Shown here piece after piece: positions 26,218-35,410 of a stretch of 64,000 nt of DNA. The notes beneath the pieces were generated by a model that saw only the letters and a list, made by a program, of their open reading frames with translations, searched no databases and had not been told where the DNA came from. Made by a program: the position numbers and the translations under genes. The DNA is taken from sequence record NC_019410.1; one strand, 5' to 3'. Positions within the stretch are counted from its first letter, which is position 1. Each line of letters opens with the position of its first letter.

Positions 26218-26415
26218 GTTCTTAATCGCTTGGCGTTCCGCGAAGGTGGGCTGGCGCTCCCAGCAGGCATACTGCTCCGAGCCTCGGGTACAGTTCTCAC
26301 GGATGATCTCGCCATCCGCGTTGTGTAGCGGCGTGTAGGGCTTCTTCATGCAGTGCCCGAGATACTGCCCCACCCAGGGGTGCCAGAGGCGGCAGTTGCC
26401 GCAGACCTGCCTCAT
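26179..26415 (-). CDS. small Cys-rich protein
   Basis: CGNCRLW...GHC...C...C; stop TAG is the -10 box. Confidence 0.65.
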   Translation of the reverse strand: MRQVCGNCRLWHPWVGQYLGHCMKKPYTPLHNADGEIIRENCTRGSEQYACWERQPTFAERQAIKNWRESVDKVAVAG

Positions 26416-26654
26416 CAGGCGCTCATTATCGCCGCGCAGAGGATCATCACCACCAGCCCGCCTACGATCGGGCAGACGATCAGCGACATGCAGAACGTCA
26501 AGGTCGGGTGGTCGATGAAATAGAACAGGTAGGGAGGCGGTTGGGGCTGGTTATAGAGAACGGCCGCGCCCAGCGCCAGCGCGATGGCGCCGATGATCCA
26601 GGCCAGTCCATACCAGAAGGCGCCCTGGAGAAGCGTTTCGACTTTCGGGTTCAT
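26415..26654 (-). CDS. small membrane protein
   Basis: Two hydrophobic segments. Confidence 0.7.
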   Translation of the reverse strand: MNPKVETLLQGAFWYGLAWIIGAIALALGAAVLYNQPQPPPYLFYFIDHPTLTFCMSLIVCPIVGGLVVMILCAAIMSA

Positions 26655-26971
26655 CAGCGGTTGTTCTCCAGGTCCCAGATGCGGTTGCGCAGTTGGCGGA
26701 TGGTCTCTTCCAGGTCGCGGACCTTGCGATAATGCTGGTCCTCGGTCTCCTGGGTGTTGCGCTTGTAGCGCCGCTCCCGCTCGTCCATCTCCGTCTGGAG
26801 CGGATTGGGGATCACGTCATGACCGTGGGCCATGCCGTAGTTCTCGAACGAGCCCTCGATCCCCTCGGCGATCCCCTGGCGCTTTTCCAGTGGGATGCCG
26901 TTCCAGAGGTCAAAGAGGCCTTCGGCGTCAAACGAGGCGTCCAGGCTTTCGAGCCAGTAATCAGTCGCCAC
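26654..26971 (-). CDS. hypothetical protein
   Basis: Coupled overlaps; C-terminal coiled coil. Confidence 0.75.
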   Translation of the reverse strand: MATDYWLESLDASFDAEGLFDLWNGIPLEKRQGIAEGIEGSFENYGMAHGHDVIPNPLQTEMDERERRYKRNTQETEDQHYRKVRDLEETIRQLRNRIWDLENNR

Positions 26972-27344
26972 GATGCACGCCCTCCCCGGCCCGGACGCAT
27001 TGGATCGGGCCTCCGTCGCCCTCTTCGGTGTAGCGCACGAGACTGCCGGCCTTGATCAGCATCTGGACCGTCTCGTCGCTGACCGTAACGTCGCGCCCCG
27101 GCGGGCTCCAGGAGCGGCCGTCATCCATCAGGATCAGACCTTCGCGCCGGATCGCCAGGGACATCGCCTGGGCCGCGCGCTGGGCGGCGCTGGTCGCGCC
27201 CTCGACCAGGACCTTGAGGTCCTCGATCGGGAAGCACTCCAGGAACCGAGTGCGGACCTCCAGGCGCTCGGCCGGCGGCAGGCGCATGATGTCGCCCACC
27301 AGGATGTCGGCGTACTCCTCGGCGGTCTTGGGGGCGTCGGTCAT
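26961..27344 (-). CDS. hypothetical protein
   Basis: Coupled overlaps. Confidence 0.7.
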   Translation of the reverse strand: MTDAPKTAEEYADILVGDIMRLPPAERLEVRTRFLECFPIEDLKVLVEGATSAAQRAAQAMSLAIRREGLILMDDGRSWSPPGRDVTVSDETVQMLIKAGSLVRYTEEGDGGPIQCVRAGEGVHRGD

Positions 27345-27598
27345 GACTTGAGGCTCTGGCAGGCGAACGTGATCACGTCGCCGAGGGTGTTGAAATCCTC
27401 GGGGAACTGGACCGGCTCAGGGACGGCGAAGTCCTCCTCCAGGCACATCATCAACTCGATGATGTCCAGGCTGTCGAGGCCCAGATCATCTTCCAGCCGT
27501 AGCCCCTCGTCCATATCGTCGAGGGTGTACGACCGGTCGGTGATCGCATGGGCGTAGTCGAAGGTCGCCGCCTTGATCTCGTCGCGCGTGAAGGTCAC
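27341..27598 (-). CDS. acpP: acyl carrier protein
   Basis: LEDDLGLDSLDIIELMMCLEEDFAV with the phosphopantetheine DSL motif; FNTLGDVITF; acidic, 85 aa. Confidence 0.9.
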   Translation of the reverse strand: MTFTRDEIKAATFDYAHAITDRSYTLDDMDEGLRLEDDLGLDSLDIIELMMCLEEDFAVPEPVQFPEDFNTLGDVITFACQSLKS

Positions 27599-28329
27599 GG
27601 CTCTCCCCCTGGTGTCGTTTCGGCGCTTCTAGCCCTCCCAAGCAGAGCCGTCAACACATCAGCGCCACGCCAGACCCAGGATAGGCTCAGAACGAGGTCG
27701 CGGTCCTCATAGGCGGCGCTGCGCCCGGTGATCACCTTGATCGCCGAGAGCGGGCCAAACCGCCAGAAGACGACCGTGCGCGAGTCGTTGCGGCCGGGCA
27801 GGTGCTCCAGCAGCACGCGACGCTTGATCGCGAGGTGGCGCTGTTCCTTGTGGAGGACCAGGGCGATCTTGCATGTCGGATCGGACCCGAACCACCGGCG
27901 CCAGTAGCCCGGATTGTCGATGTTCTCGTAGAGCCGGCCGATCCGTTTGCTGACCGGGCGCAGGCCCGGCTCGCGCCGGCGCACGCTGAGCGGCGGGAAC
28001 GTGCAGGGCGGCCACTCGGCGAGCAAGCTCTGGCGCAGCCGGCGAAATTCCCAGGCCGGCATGGCGTTGTCCTTGGTGTTGTTGCACGCCACGCAGGCCG
28101 CCGCCAGATTGCTCTCGTGGTTCGATCCGCCCTCGGCCTTGGCCTCCAGGTGCTCGATCGTCACTTCGTCGGGCTCCAGCTTGCCGCCACCCCGGCCGAT
28201 CCGCCGGCGATAGGCCATCTGCCCCGTGCAATAGGTGCAGAGGCCGCCCGCCTCCAGGAAGAGGCGGTGGCGGCGGTTCGGCGCGGCGGGCGGTAGCGGG
28301 TCCTGGACCAGCACCTCAGATGAGGACAT
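27595..28329 (-). CDS. HNH endonuclease
   Basis: CTYC...TIEHL.AKAEGGSNHESNLAAAC.ACNNTK. Confidence 0.85.
   Translation of the reverse strand: MSSSEVLVQDPLPPAAPNRRHRLFLEAGGLCTYCTGQMAYRRRIGRGGGKLEPDEVTIEHLEAKAEGGSNHESNLAAACVACNNTKDNAMPAWEFRRLRQSLLAEWPPCTFPPLSVRRREPGLRPVSKRIGRLYENIDNPGYWRRWFGSDPTCKIALVLHKEQRHLAIKRRVLLEHLPGRNDSRTVVFWRFGPLSAIKVITGRSAAYEDRDLVLSLSWVWRGADVLTALLGRARSAETTPGGEP
27611..27667 (-). promoter_or_regulatory. repeated promoter-leader element (variant) for the ACP gene
   Basis: TGGC-N9-TTGACG-N17-TAGAAG-..-AACGACACC; embedded in HNH 3' end. Confidence 0.75.
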
Positions 28330-28762
28330 AGCCGTCCTTGCCGTTGTCGAAGATCAGATCGGAGAAGCGCAGCGTCTCCAGGGCGGTGTTGAAGGCCGCC
28401 TCGGAGCCACCCACCCGCGCCCAGACCGTGCGTCCGCCCATGACGACATGGAAGAGGTCCGGCGCCGTCTGGGAGCGCACCACCGAGGCGGCGTTGTCGA
28501 CCAGCACCCGATAGGCCGCGCCGGCGACCGTCAGGCGGTCGCGCGTGTCGAGCAGGCCCAGACCCCGCAGGTCGGCGAGATAGTCGCTCAGCCCCTGCAC
28601 CGTGACGCCGGCCGCCAGGGCAAGCGTGGTCGGGTTGTTGTTGGCGCCCAAGGCCTTAAGGACCTCGACCCGGCGCAGGATCGCCTCCTCGCGGGTCTCG
28701 ACCTCGATCTGGTCGTCGGTCTTCTGGGCGCCCTGAATGGTCTTGCGCAGCGGTTGCAGCAT
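28316..28762 (-). CDS. putative winged-helix protein
   Basis: LALAAGVTVQGLSDYLADLRGLGLL HTH-like segment. Confidence 0.65.
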   Translation of the reverse strand: MLQPLRKTIQGAQKTDDQIEVETREEAILRRVEVLKALGANNNPTTLALAAGVTVQGLSDYLADLRGLGLLDTRDRLTVAGAAYRVLVDNAASVVRSQTAPDLFHVVMGGRTVWARVGGSEAAFNTALETLRFSDLIFDNGKDGYVLI

Positions 28763-28771
28763 GGTCGATCC

Positions 28772-29155
28772 TTAACGAATGAGGCTCCAGGCCTTTTGGG
28801 TTTTGCCGTAGGGTTCGGGGAAGATATAGCCTCGGTGGTGGAGGTCGGCCAAGATCGCCTCGGTGTGCGGAAGGTAGGCCTCTTCGCTCCCGGTATAGGG
28901 CGTCTCCTGGTTCCTGGCTCGCCAGAAGAGGCGGTGGTTCAGCCGCAGAGCCGTGCGCTCGAACGCTCGGCGCGGATTGATCTCGCAGGCCAGGATGTGG
29001 CAAATCCAGCCCGCCTCGGTGTGGCGCACCCGCCCGCCCTGCAAGGCGAAGAAGCCCTCGTCCTTAAGCGCCATGAACTCCGCCTGGAGTTCCGGCAGGA
29101 AGCGCACGAGGCGCCCGAACGCGTCATGGAAGACGACGACGCGGCGATCATACAT
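28772..29155 (-). CDS. hypothetical protein
   Basis: Coupled overlap. Confidence 0.65.
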   Translation of the reverse strand: MYDRRVVVFHDAFGRLVRFLPELQAEFMALKDEGFFALQGGRVRHTEAGWICHILACEINPRRAFERTALRLNHRLFWRARNQETPYTGSEEAYLPHTEAILADLHHRGYIFPEPYGKTQKAWSLIR

Positions 29156-29507
29156 CGGCTTGATAGCCCAGGAACGGGCGCAGAAAGCCCATCAGGTCCT
29201 TGTCGATGCGGATCGCCTTGAGTTCCGAGCAGCGGGCGTTCTCGGCGACGGTGCGTAGCCACTTCGCCCGCTCGTAATAGGTCGGGGCATGATCCCACCA
29301 GCGATAGCTGCTCTGGCGGATAGCCTCGGCTTCCTTCTCGGTCGGCGGGCGTCGCTTGAAACGCCACCACGGCCCGTCCTGGACAGTGTCCATCGTCATG
29401 ATCTTGGCCAGGGTCTCGTTGCGGGTCGCATTGCCCAAGGCCTGCGCTTCCTCGGCCGCCTTGAGAGCGGCTTCGAGCAGGACGAGGCGATCGACTTCGG
29501 CGGACAT
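29148..29507 (-). CDS. hypothetical protein
   Basis: ATG 29507. Confidence 0.7.
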   Translation of the reverse strand: MSAEVDRLVLLEAALKAAEEAQALGNATRNETLAKIMTMDTVQDGPWWRFKRRPPTEKEAEAIRQSSYRWWDHAPTYYERAKWLRTVAENARCSELKAIRIDKDLMGFLRPFLGYQADV

Positions 29508-29509
29508 GC

Positions 29510-29779
29510 TCACTTCAGCTTCTCCCCAATATAGACGTCCAGGAACCGCGCTTGCGCATCCTGGTCCTGGAACATCCAGATCGCGTACTTGGTGCGCGGG
29601 AACGGCTGGCGGAAGAACTCCACCGGGCCAAGGAGGTCCTTGGCGCCGTGCGGCGTCGGCGCGACCAGCGGCGTCTTGACCACGAACGGGAAGCGTTCGA
29701 GGCGCTTGATCACCGCCATCGAACAGTCGCGCTCGCGCGTCGTCTTTTCGGGCAGGTCGCGGGTCCAGGTCGTGGTCAT
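29510..29779 (-). CDS. hypothetical protein
   Basis: Coupled overlap; alternative start 29719. Confidence 0.65.
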   Translation of the reverse strand: MTTTWTRDLPEKTTRERDCSMAVIKRLERFPFVVKTPLVAPTPHGAKDLLGPVEFFRQPFPRTKYAIWMFQDQDAQARFLDVYIGEKLK

Positions 29780-30078
29780 CAGGCTTGCACCTCGAAGGCG
29801 TTGATCTTGTGGGCGTCATACCACCAGCGCCGGCCCTGGCAGGCCTTGCAGGTGACGTCGTCCCAGCCCTCGGCGAAGGCGAGGGGCTTGAGGGTATGGG
29901 CCGGCACCGTCTTGATCGTCGAGCGCACCCCGCCGTTCTTCAGGTAGGCGGTGCGGCCATGGACCGTCTCGGGCACGGCGATCGTCTTGTCCGGCGACCA
30001 GCGATTGCAGACCGTGTAGCGCCCTTCGCCGCTGTTGCGGAACGGGCGCGGGGCATGGGCGGTGGCGGGCTTAGACAC
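29779..30078 (-). CDS. hypothetical protein
   Basis: VTCKAC motif; coupled overlap. Confidence 0.65.
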   Translation of the reverse strand: MSKPATAHAPRPFRNSGEGRYTVCNRWSPDKTIAVPETVHGRTAYLKNGGVRSTIKTVPAHTLKPLAFAEGWDDVTCKACQGRRWWYDAHKINAFEVQA

Positions 30079-30229
30079 GGGCCTTCTCCGAGGTCCGGAT
30101 GATCAGGGCGACCAGCAGGATCGCGATGATCACCGCCGTCGTCATCGGAGGCTGGCGATTGTAGCCGTCGATGAAGCCAAGCACGGTCCCCGCCAGCATC
30201 GCCGCCCCATAGGCGCTCCAGAACTTCAA
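30071..30229 (-). CDS. small membrane protein
   Basis: TTG overlapping upstream TGA; hydrophobic. Confidence 0.6.
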   Translation of the reverse strand: MKFWSAYGAAMLAGTVLGFIDGYNRQPPMTTAVIIAILLVALIIRTSEKARV

Positions 30230-30813
30230 GCCTCGATCTCCTCGAACCGCCCATCCATGAATTCGGCCTCGCGCCGACCCCACATCTGGCCCTCGGCGTC
30301 GAGGTAGGTCAGCAGGGTCTCGTCATCGAGCACCGGGGTCTCGCACTGGATGCGGATCGTCCCGACCAGGGCGTATTCGCCGCCGCGCTTCCTGTGGCGG
30401 AAGCGCCGCATGCCGCGCGGAAGCTCCGCCAGGAAGGCCTTCAGGGCGTCCGCCACCTTGGCGACGCCGTGCGGGAAGTGCGAGCCCGGCCCGCGCACCC
30501 ATTGATAGATCGTCGCCAGGGCGAAGCGCCCGGCGGCGATCTCGCCCGTGGGGTCCTTGCGGATCATGTCCGGCGCGTAGTCTTCGAGATAGTTCGTCCC
30601 GAGGATCGCCATGCAGCGGGCCTCCTCCACCGAGGTCGGCAGACGCAGGTGATCGCGATCCAGGCGGTCGGCCTCGGCGAGCGACTTGATCACCCCGACC
30701 AGGATCGCCGCCTTCTCGGCGTGCCACTGCCGTCCGCCCGGCTCTGGGGCGCGCTCGGCGTGGTAGAGGTGGTAGTCCAGTATCTCGTGGACGTCTTCGC
30801 TCTGTCGGGACAT
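30226..30813 (-). CDS. hypothetical protein with C-terminal DUF1653-like domain
   Basis: FRHRKRGGEY.LVG...TY...WGR...EFMDGRFE. Confidence 0.75.
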   Translation of the reverse strand: MSRQSEDVHEILDYHLYHAERAPEPGGRQWHAEKAAILVGVIKSLAEADRLDRDHLRLPTSVEEARCMAILGTNYLEDYAPDMIRKDPTGEIAAGRFALATIYQWVRGPGSHFPHGVAKVADALKAFLAELPRGMRRFRHRKRGGEYALVGTIRIQCETPVLDDETLLTYLDAEGQMWGRREAEFMDGRFEEIEA

Positions 30814-30824
30814 AGGGTTCCTTC

Positions 30825-30874
30825 CGTTGTCGTCACCCGCGACACTAGATGGTCGGAGGTGTGACTGTCAACAC
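30825..30874 (-). promoter_or_regulatory. repeated promoter-leader element
   Basis: GTGTTGACA-N18-TAGTGT-..-TGACGACAACG-GAAGGA. Confidence 0.8.
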
Positions 30875-30875
30875 T

Positions 30876-31391
30876 TCACGTCAGAGCTAGACGGCGACGA
30901 TAGAACAGGCGCCGGCCGTTGAAGAACAGACGGATGCGGAATTCCTCGTCGAGGGTCCCGATGTCGAGGCTAAAGCCCAGGAGGCCCAGGCTGACATAGG
31001 CATGGCGCCCGAAGCTCCCCGGAATGGCGTCCATGCCGCCGGCGACGAACCGGATGAGCCAGAGCCAGCCCAGGTCGAATCGCTTGAAGCCCTGCCATTC
31101 GATCGAGCGCCAGGAGAAGCCGCCGCCCAGCAGGGTGATGTCGATGTCCAGGTTCCAGCCGTCGGCCAGCGGATCGCGGCGGCGGTGGTAGCGCAGGCGA
31201 AAGAAGCCGCCGTCGAGGTCGAAGTTCGGGATCGCGCCAAAAGCCAGACGGCGCAGACGCGCCAGGACATAGCCGACCGGGAAGATCACCAGGGCGTAGA
31301 GACTCAGGAGGAAGACCAGGGCCACGGCGCACCACAGGCCATGCCAGAAGAACCCGAGCATCATCCCAAGCTTTGGCGAATGGTCGGGCAT
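30876..31391 (-). CDS. membrane protein
   Basis: N-terminal hydrophobic helix. Confidence 0.65.
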   Translation of the reverse strand: MPDHSPKLGMMLGFFWHGLWCAVALVFLLSLYALVIFPVGYVLARLRRLAFGAIPNFDLDGGFFRLRYHRRRDPLADGWNLDIDITLLGGGFSWRSIEWQGFKRFDLGWLWLIRFVAGGMDAIPGSFGRHAYVSLGLLGFSLDIGTLDEEFRIRLFFNGRRLFYRRRLALT

Positions 31392-31393
31392 GG

Positions 31394-32032
31394 TCAGGTC
31401 CCCTTGGCGAAGTCACCGGCCCGGCCGATGACATGGAAATAGGCGTAGGCCTCGCCGGGCGTATGCCGGTCGCGATTATCGACGACCGGGAGGTCCTCGG
31501 CGTAGCGGGCGAACCACGCGGCCTTGCGCGCCGCCCAGGCGGCGGGGTCCTCGTCGTGATCCCAGCCGAACAGTCCGCGCCCGTTTTCCCGACCCTTGCG
31601 CAGGTGGGCCACTGGCTGGTTGGTCCCGATGTAGCGGGTGTAGGCCTCGGGCGCTTCGCCGTGCTGGGTCGGGCGGCCGTCGTCATGGTGGTCGACGAAG
31701 GCCAGATCGTTTTTGGAGAGGTCCTGGGCGATCCAGCCGCGACGGTCCTTGACGAAGGGATCGACCAGGATGGTGATCTCGCGATAGATGTTCGCGCCGA
31801 CGATCATGGCCCAGGCCTCGTTATCGGCGCGTTCCTTGCCGCCATCGCGCAGGGAGATCAGGTAAGCGCAGCCGTCCTGGATGGACTTGCCCTCCAGGAG
31901 GGCCGCCCAGTTCATGCAGATGTCGCCCCACTTCTTGGCGGCCAGGACATCCCAGGCGGTGCGCTGCTTGGCGTCGCGCTCGTAATAGACCCTGGCGGCG
32001 TCGCGCAGGTGATCGGAGAAGGTCTGGGTCAT
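31394..32032 (-). CDS. hypothetical protein
   Basis: ATG 32032. Confidence 0.75.
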   Translation of the reverse strand: MTQTFSDHLRDAARVYYERDAKQRTAWDVLAAKKWGDICMNWAALLEGKSIQDGCAYLISLRDGGKERADNEAWAMIVGANIYREITILVDPFVKDRRGWIAQDLSKNDLAFVDHHDDGRPTQHGEAPEAYTRYIGTNQPVAHLRKGRENGRGLFGWDHDEDPAAWAARKAAWFARYAEDLPVVDNRDRHTPGEAYAYFHVIGRAGDFAKGT

Positions 32033-32033
32033 G

Positions 32034-32687
32034 TTAGTAGCCGTCCCCCTTGGCGCGATTGAGTTGGTCAAGGACGCGTTCCGCCTCCTCTTCTTTCCGC
32101 CAGCGGCCTTCGATGGTTTTCATCTTGGCGGCGGCCTCCAGGTGACGGGCGGCCTCCTTCAGCTTCGCCGCCTTGGCGAGAAGCGTCTGGGTCGCCGTCT
32201 TGTCGCCGACCATGACGAATTCGTCGATGATCTCGCCGGTGCGAATGTCGATGATGCGGAACTTTTTGGGATAATCCCGTTCGCACGGATCGGTGTTGGC
32301 GAGATAGTCGCCGCGCGCCCTGGCGTCCTTCAGCGTGCAGCCGCCGGAGTGATCATACCAGACGGCCGACTTGGTGTAGTTCCGCCCGTAACCCTGGAGG
32401 ACATAGACCGGCAGTTCGGTCTCGCCATCCTCGGTCGCGACCTGCCCGGCCATCGTCTCGGGATAGACCACGAGGCCGGTGCGAATGTCGATCACGCGCC
32501 AGGACCCTTCGTCGCCGGGGGTGAAGACGGCGCAGTTAGGCTTGGCCTCTTCCAGCGTCGCGAACGACGAATGGCGCTTCCAGGACCGAGACGAAGCGGG
32601 GATGTGTGGGCGATCGCCGTAGTAGCGGTTGTTCGGCAGGGGATAGAACCCCTGGAGCCAGTACGGATCGTGAGCCAGCGCGCCCAT
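32034..32687 (-). CDS. hypothetical protein with internal duplication
   Basis: Two W..HS...TL..A...RxIDIRTG units. Confidence 0.75.
   Translation of the reverse strand: MGALAHDPYWLQGFYPLPNNRYYGDRPHIPASSRSWKRHSSFATLEEAKPNCAVFTPGDEGSWRVIDIRTGLVVYPETMAGQVATEDGETELPVYVLQGYGRNYTKSAVWYDHSGGCTLKDARARGDYLANTDPCERDYPKKFRIIDIRTGEIIDEFVMVGDKTATQTLLAKAAKLKEAARHLEAAAKMKTIEGRWRKEEEAERVLDQLNRAKGDGY
32235..32492. repeat. 18-bp direct repeat pair (32235-32252, 32475-32492)
   Basis: GCCGGTGCGAATGTCGAT identical, 240 nt apart, in frame. Confidence 0.9.
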
Positions 32688-32980
32688 CAGTCGACCTTCG
32701 GTTCGCGCTTGAAGCGGCCGTTCTCGTCATAGCGGTCCGGGTTGGCGCCGGGGGCGTGGAAGCCCGCCATCGAGCCGATCTCCATGGCCGCGCGCTGCGC
32801 CGGCGTGACGCCCATGCGCTGGTTCATGGCGGTGACGGCGGCCTCGCCCTGGACCCCGTAGTCGGTCGCGTAGTAGCCGGTCTCATCCTTCTTCAGGATG
32901 ACCGTCTCGCCCGTCTCGATGTTGATCGAGTAGCAGAGGTCGGGCAGGGCCGCGAGATTGATCTGGCGTTGGGTCAGCAT
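32687..32980 (-). CDS. hypothetical protein (mobile-element-type domain)
   Basis: ETGYY.TD...N.RMGVTPAQRAAM.IGSM.GF..PGANP; first gene after promoter. Confidence 0.8.
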   Translation of the reverse strand: MLTQRQINLAALPDLCYSINIETGETVILKKDETGYYATDYGVQGEAAVTAMNQRMGVTPAQRAAMEIGSMAGFHAPGANPDRYDENGRFKREPKVD

Positions 32981-32992
32981 GGAGGCCTCCTT

Positions 32993-33051
32993 GTTGTCGT
33001 CGAGGATGGCTTCTAGCCGGCCCAGGTCACGTTGTCAACACTCGACAGCCA
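32993..33051 (-). promoter_or_regulatory. repeated promoter-leader element
   Basis: TGGC-N9-TTGACA-N17-TAGAAG-..-CGACGACAAC-AAGGAGG. Confidence 0.88.
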
Positions 33052-33355
33052 AGTAGACGTTGCGACGCGGCTCATAGGGGAGATCGTTGGCGATCGCCAT
33101 CAGCCAGCCAGCGTGGCAGCGCTTTGGAGCGCAGTGGCAGACGAGGTGGAAGCCCTTGAAGTTGGCCTTGACCCAGGCGACGAACGCCTCGTCCTTGGAC
33201 TTCAGGGCGATGTACTTGTCGATCACCGTGTCGCGATCGCCATCCTGACCGATGCGGAACTCGTTGCCCGCCGGGGTCCCTCGGCCGACGTACTTGGACA
33301 TCGGCGGGAGATGGCCTGGGAACTCGCTTCGGCTGAGAACGCGCAGTTCGATCAT
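33035..33355 (-). CDS. DUF4326-like protein
   Basis: YVGRGT..GNEF.IG.DGDR..VI.KY ... LVCHCAPKRCHA. Confidence 0.85.
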   Translation of the reverse strand: MIELRVLSRSEFPGHLPPMSKYVGRGTPAGNEFRIGQDGDRDTVIDKYIALKSKDEAFVAWVKANFKGFHLVCHCAPKRCHAGWLMAIANDLPYEPRRNVYLAVEC

Positions 33356-33996
33356 GCCGCCCGGCTCTCCACGTAGTCGGCGAGGATCGCCAGGGTGTCC
33401 TCGGCCGAGGTGTGGAGGATCGAGAAGCCCCCAGCCCGGTTCCAGGCCACGCAGTTGGCGACGCGGTCGTCGATCAGGATTTGGTGGTCGGAGTGCTTGC
33501 GGTGCATGAATTCCTGCTTCTTGGCCGAGGTCGTGCAGATGAAGCGGTGGTCCTCGATCCGGATGCGATCGGGCACCATGCCGGCCACGGCCTCGTCCCC
33601 GGAGAACATCTTGGCGAACGCCTCGGGCAGAAGCGTCTCCTCGATCCAGCGCCGCTTGCCATAGGCCGCGCCCAGCCAGTAGGGGTGGATCAGGAAGTCC
33701 TCGTCCGTCGCCCCGAACTTGGGCGAGGCGGTCAGGATGATCGGATCGGCCTCGAACACCGCCGTGTAGAGGTCGACGGCGCCGGGCATGAACGGCAGGG
33801 TCTCGAAGAAGTTCGTGCCCTCGATCTTGCGGTACATCCCCTGCTTCCAGAGGTTGGCTTCGTCGTCCATCGCGTGGCTCGACTTGTTGTACTCGGGATC
33901 GGGCTCGAACCCGAGCCGGCGGATGCCCTCGTCGAAATCGGCCAGGACGCCGTCCATGTCGAGATAGATGGCGAAGTTCTTCAGGTTCATGGTCAC
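33352..33996 (-). CDS. HAD-family 5'(3')-deoxyribonucleotidase-like protein
   Basis: LDMDGVLADF, ILTA, LIDDR..N...W..AGG..ILHT. Confidence 0.85.
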   Translation of the reverse strand: MTMNLKNFAIYLDMDGVLADFDEGIRRLGFEPDPEYNKSSHAMDDEANLWKQGMYRKIEGTNFFETLPFMPGAVDLYTAVFEADPIILTASPKFGATDEDFLIHPYWLGAAYGKRRWIEETLLPEAFAKMFSGDEAVAGMVPDRIRIEDHRFICTTSAKKQEFMHRKHSDHQILIDDRVANCVAWNRAGGFSILHTSAEDTLAILADYVESRAA

Positions 33997-34193
33997 TCCG
34001 GAAATTGCGCGTGCAGCCCCATGGCGATGCGCGCCAGTTCGTAGGCGGTCTTGGTCTCCAACTCGCGGGTCGGCGTGCGCTCGATCTTGAGTTGGTCGCT
34101 CATCATGTGGATGGCGTGGATGATGTCGCTCTTGCGCCTCTTCTCGTAGTAGCGGTGCGACGCGGTGGCGCGGATTTCGACGATCGCCATCAC
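33993..34193 (-). CDS. hypothetical protein
   Basis: Coupled overlaps. Confidence 0.6.
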   Translation of the reverse strand: MMAIVEIRATASHRYYEKRRKSDIIHAIHMMSDQLKIERTPTRELETKTAYELARIAMGLHAQFPE

Positions 34194-34552
34194 AGGGCTC
34201 CCGCGCAGGCCAGAGCCATCGCCCAGCCGCGCTCGGTCGGCTCGAAGCGGGCGATTGGCCCCTTGACGTTCGGATCGTCGGAGAAATGCGGGTCGAGCCA
34301 GCCCTTGTTGGCGTGGATCACCTCGTCGAGCGAGCGCGCCTCATAGACCAGGATTTTGCGGCCCTCGTAGTTGAGGGCGTCGGGGTACATGATCTCGACC
34401 ACCGTGCAGCGGCCGACCTCCTGGCCCCGGATGAGCCTCCAGCGCGCCGGGTCGGGATCGCCCGGCGTCAGCGTCACGGGAGACTGCCCGCCGGAGAAAA
34501 GCCGCATCTTGCTGGGCTCACGCGCCGAGCGTCCGGTCGAGAACAATCGCAT
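34190..34552 (-). CDS. phage hypothetical protein
   Basis: EIMYPDA.NYEGRKILVY...LDPHF...PIARFEPTE.GW.MA. Confidence 0.75.
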   Translation of the reverse strand: MRLFSTGRSAREPSKMRLFSGGQSPVTLTPGDPDPARWRLIRGQEVGRCTVVEIMYPDALNYEGRKILVYEARSLDEVIHANKGWLDPHFSDDPNVKGPIARFEPTERGWAMALACAGAL

Positions 34553-34559
34553 CCCCACC

Positions 34560-34946
34560 CTAGTCTCCCAGGCCCTGCATGGCGTTGTCGCGACTGTCCT
34601 CGGCGTCGGGCCGAGACGCCAGGGCCGCCAGAAGGTCAACCGAGAGGTGGCGGTTGTAGATCGCCACGCCCTTATACTTGAAAAGCTCGCTGGCTTCGTG
34701 GATCAGAGCCCGCTCAACCGCCGCCCAGGCCGTCTGGACGATCTCGGTGTCGGTGGCGTAGTAGGAGAGCTTCCACTTGCGCCCCTTCCACATCTCCGGC
34801 TCGCCGGTGACGGTGTTGACCCCGTCCTTGCAGACGATCTGGAGCCAGACCTCGGTGCGGCTGGTCCCGAGTCGGAACTCGAAGCCAGGATAGCTCAGGC
34901 GGTCGACGATGGTGCGGATCGATTGGGCGCTGCGACGATTCGCCAT
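34560..34946 (-). CDS. phage hypothetical protein
   Basis: GRKW.LSY.AT.TEIVQT...HEA.E.FKYKG..IYN.H. Confidence 0.75.
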   Translation of the reverse strand: MANRRSAQSIRTIVDRLSYPGFEFRLGTSRTEVWLQIVCKDGVNTVTGEPEMWKGRKWKLSYYATDTEIVQTAWAAVERALIHEASELFKYKGVAIYNRHLSVDLLAALASRPDAEDSRDNAMQGLGD

Positions 34947-34948
34947 GC

Positions 34949-35410
34949 TCAGGGCCTCGACTTGATCAGCTTCTTCTTGCGTCGGGGCGGGCGCGGCGCG
35001 AGCGGGAAGCCGTGATCCGCGTACACGGGTTCGGGCGGCGGGGCGGGGAGGTCCGCCGGGCGTTCTAGGCTAAAGGCGTCCGCGTCGAGGTCGTAGATCG
35101 ACACCCGATCGCTGTAGCCGTAGCGGTTGTCATGGTAGGTGATCCCGACGTCTCCCAGGCTGGAGACCATGATCACCCGGCAGGCCTTGCCCTTGTAGCG
35201 GCCGTAGAGCTTCGGCATGAAGCCGGCCTCCTCGATCGCCAGGGTCTCGGTGGCGTTGCCGGCGTTCAGCGCCAGGAAGCCCCGCACGATGGCCGGCAGC
35301 TTGTAGTCGCAGATCGCGCGGCTGTTGCTGACCTCGTAGGGCATGCCGATCTTGCCCTCCATCAGGGCGCCCAGGACCTCGGCGTCGCTCAGGGTTTCAG
35401 TCTCGGCCAT
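34949..35410 (-). CDS. hypothetical protein
   Basis: 153 aa. Confidence 0.7.
   Translation of the reverse strand: MAETETLSDAEVLGALMEGKIGMPYEVSNSRAICDYKLPAIVRGFLALNAGNATETLAIEEAGFMPKLYGRYKGKACRVIMVSSLGDVGITYHDNRYGYSDRVSIYDLDADAFSLERPADLPAPPPEPVYADHGFPLAPRPPRRKKKLIKSRP

Noticed and set aside
34505-34552. Tandem MRLFS...MRLFS at a gene start
   Set aside because: DNA copies differ at synonymous sites; probably alternative starts or chance
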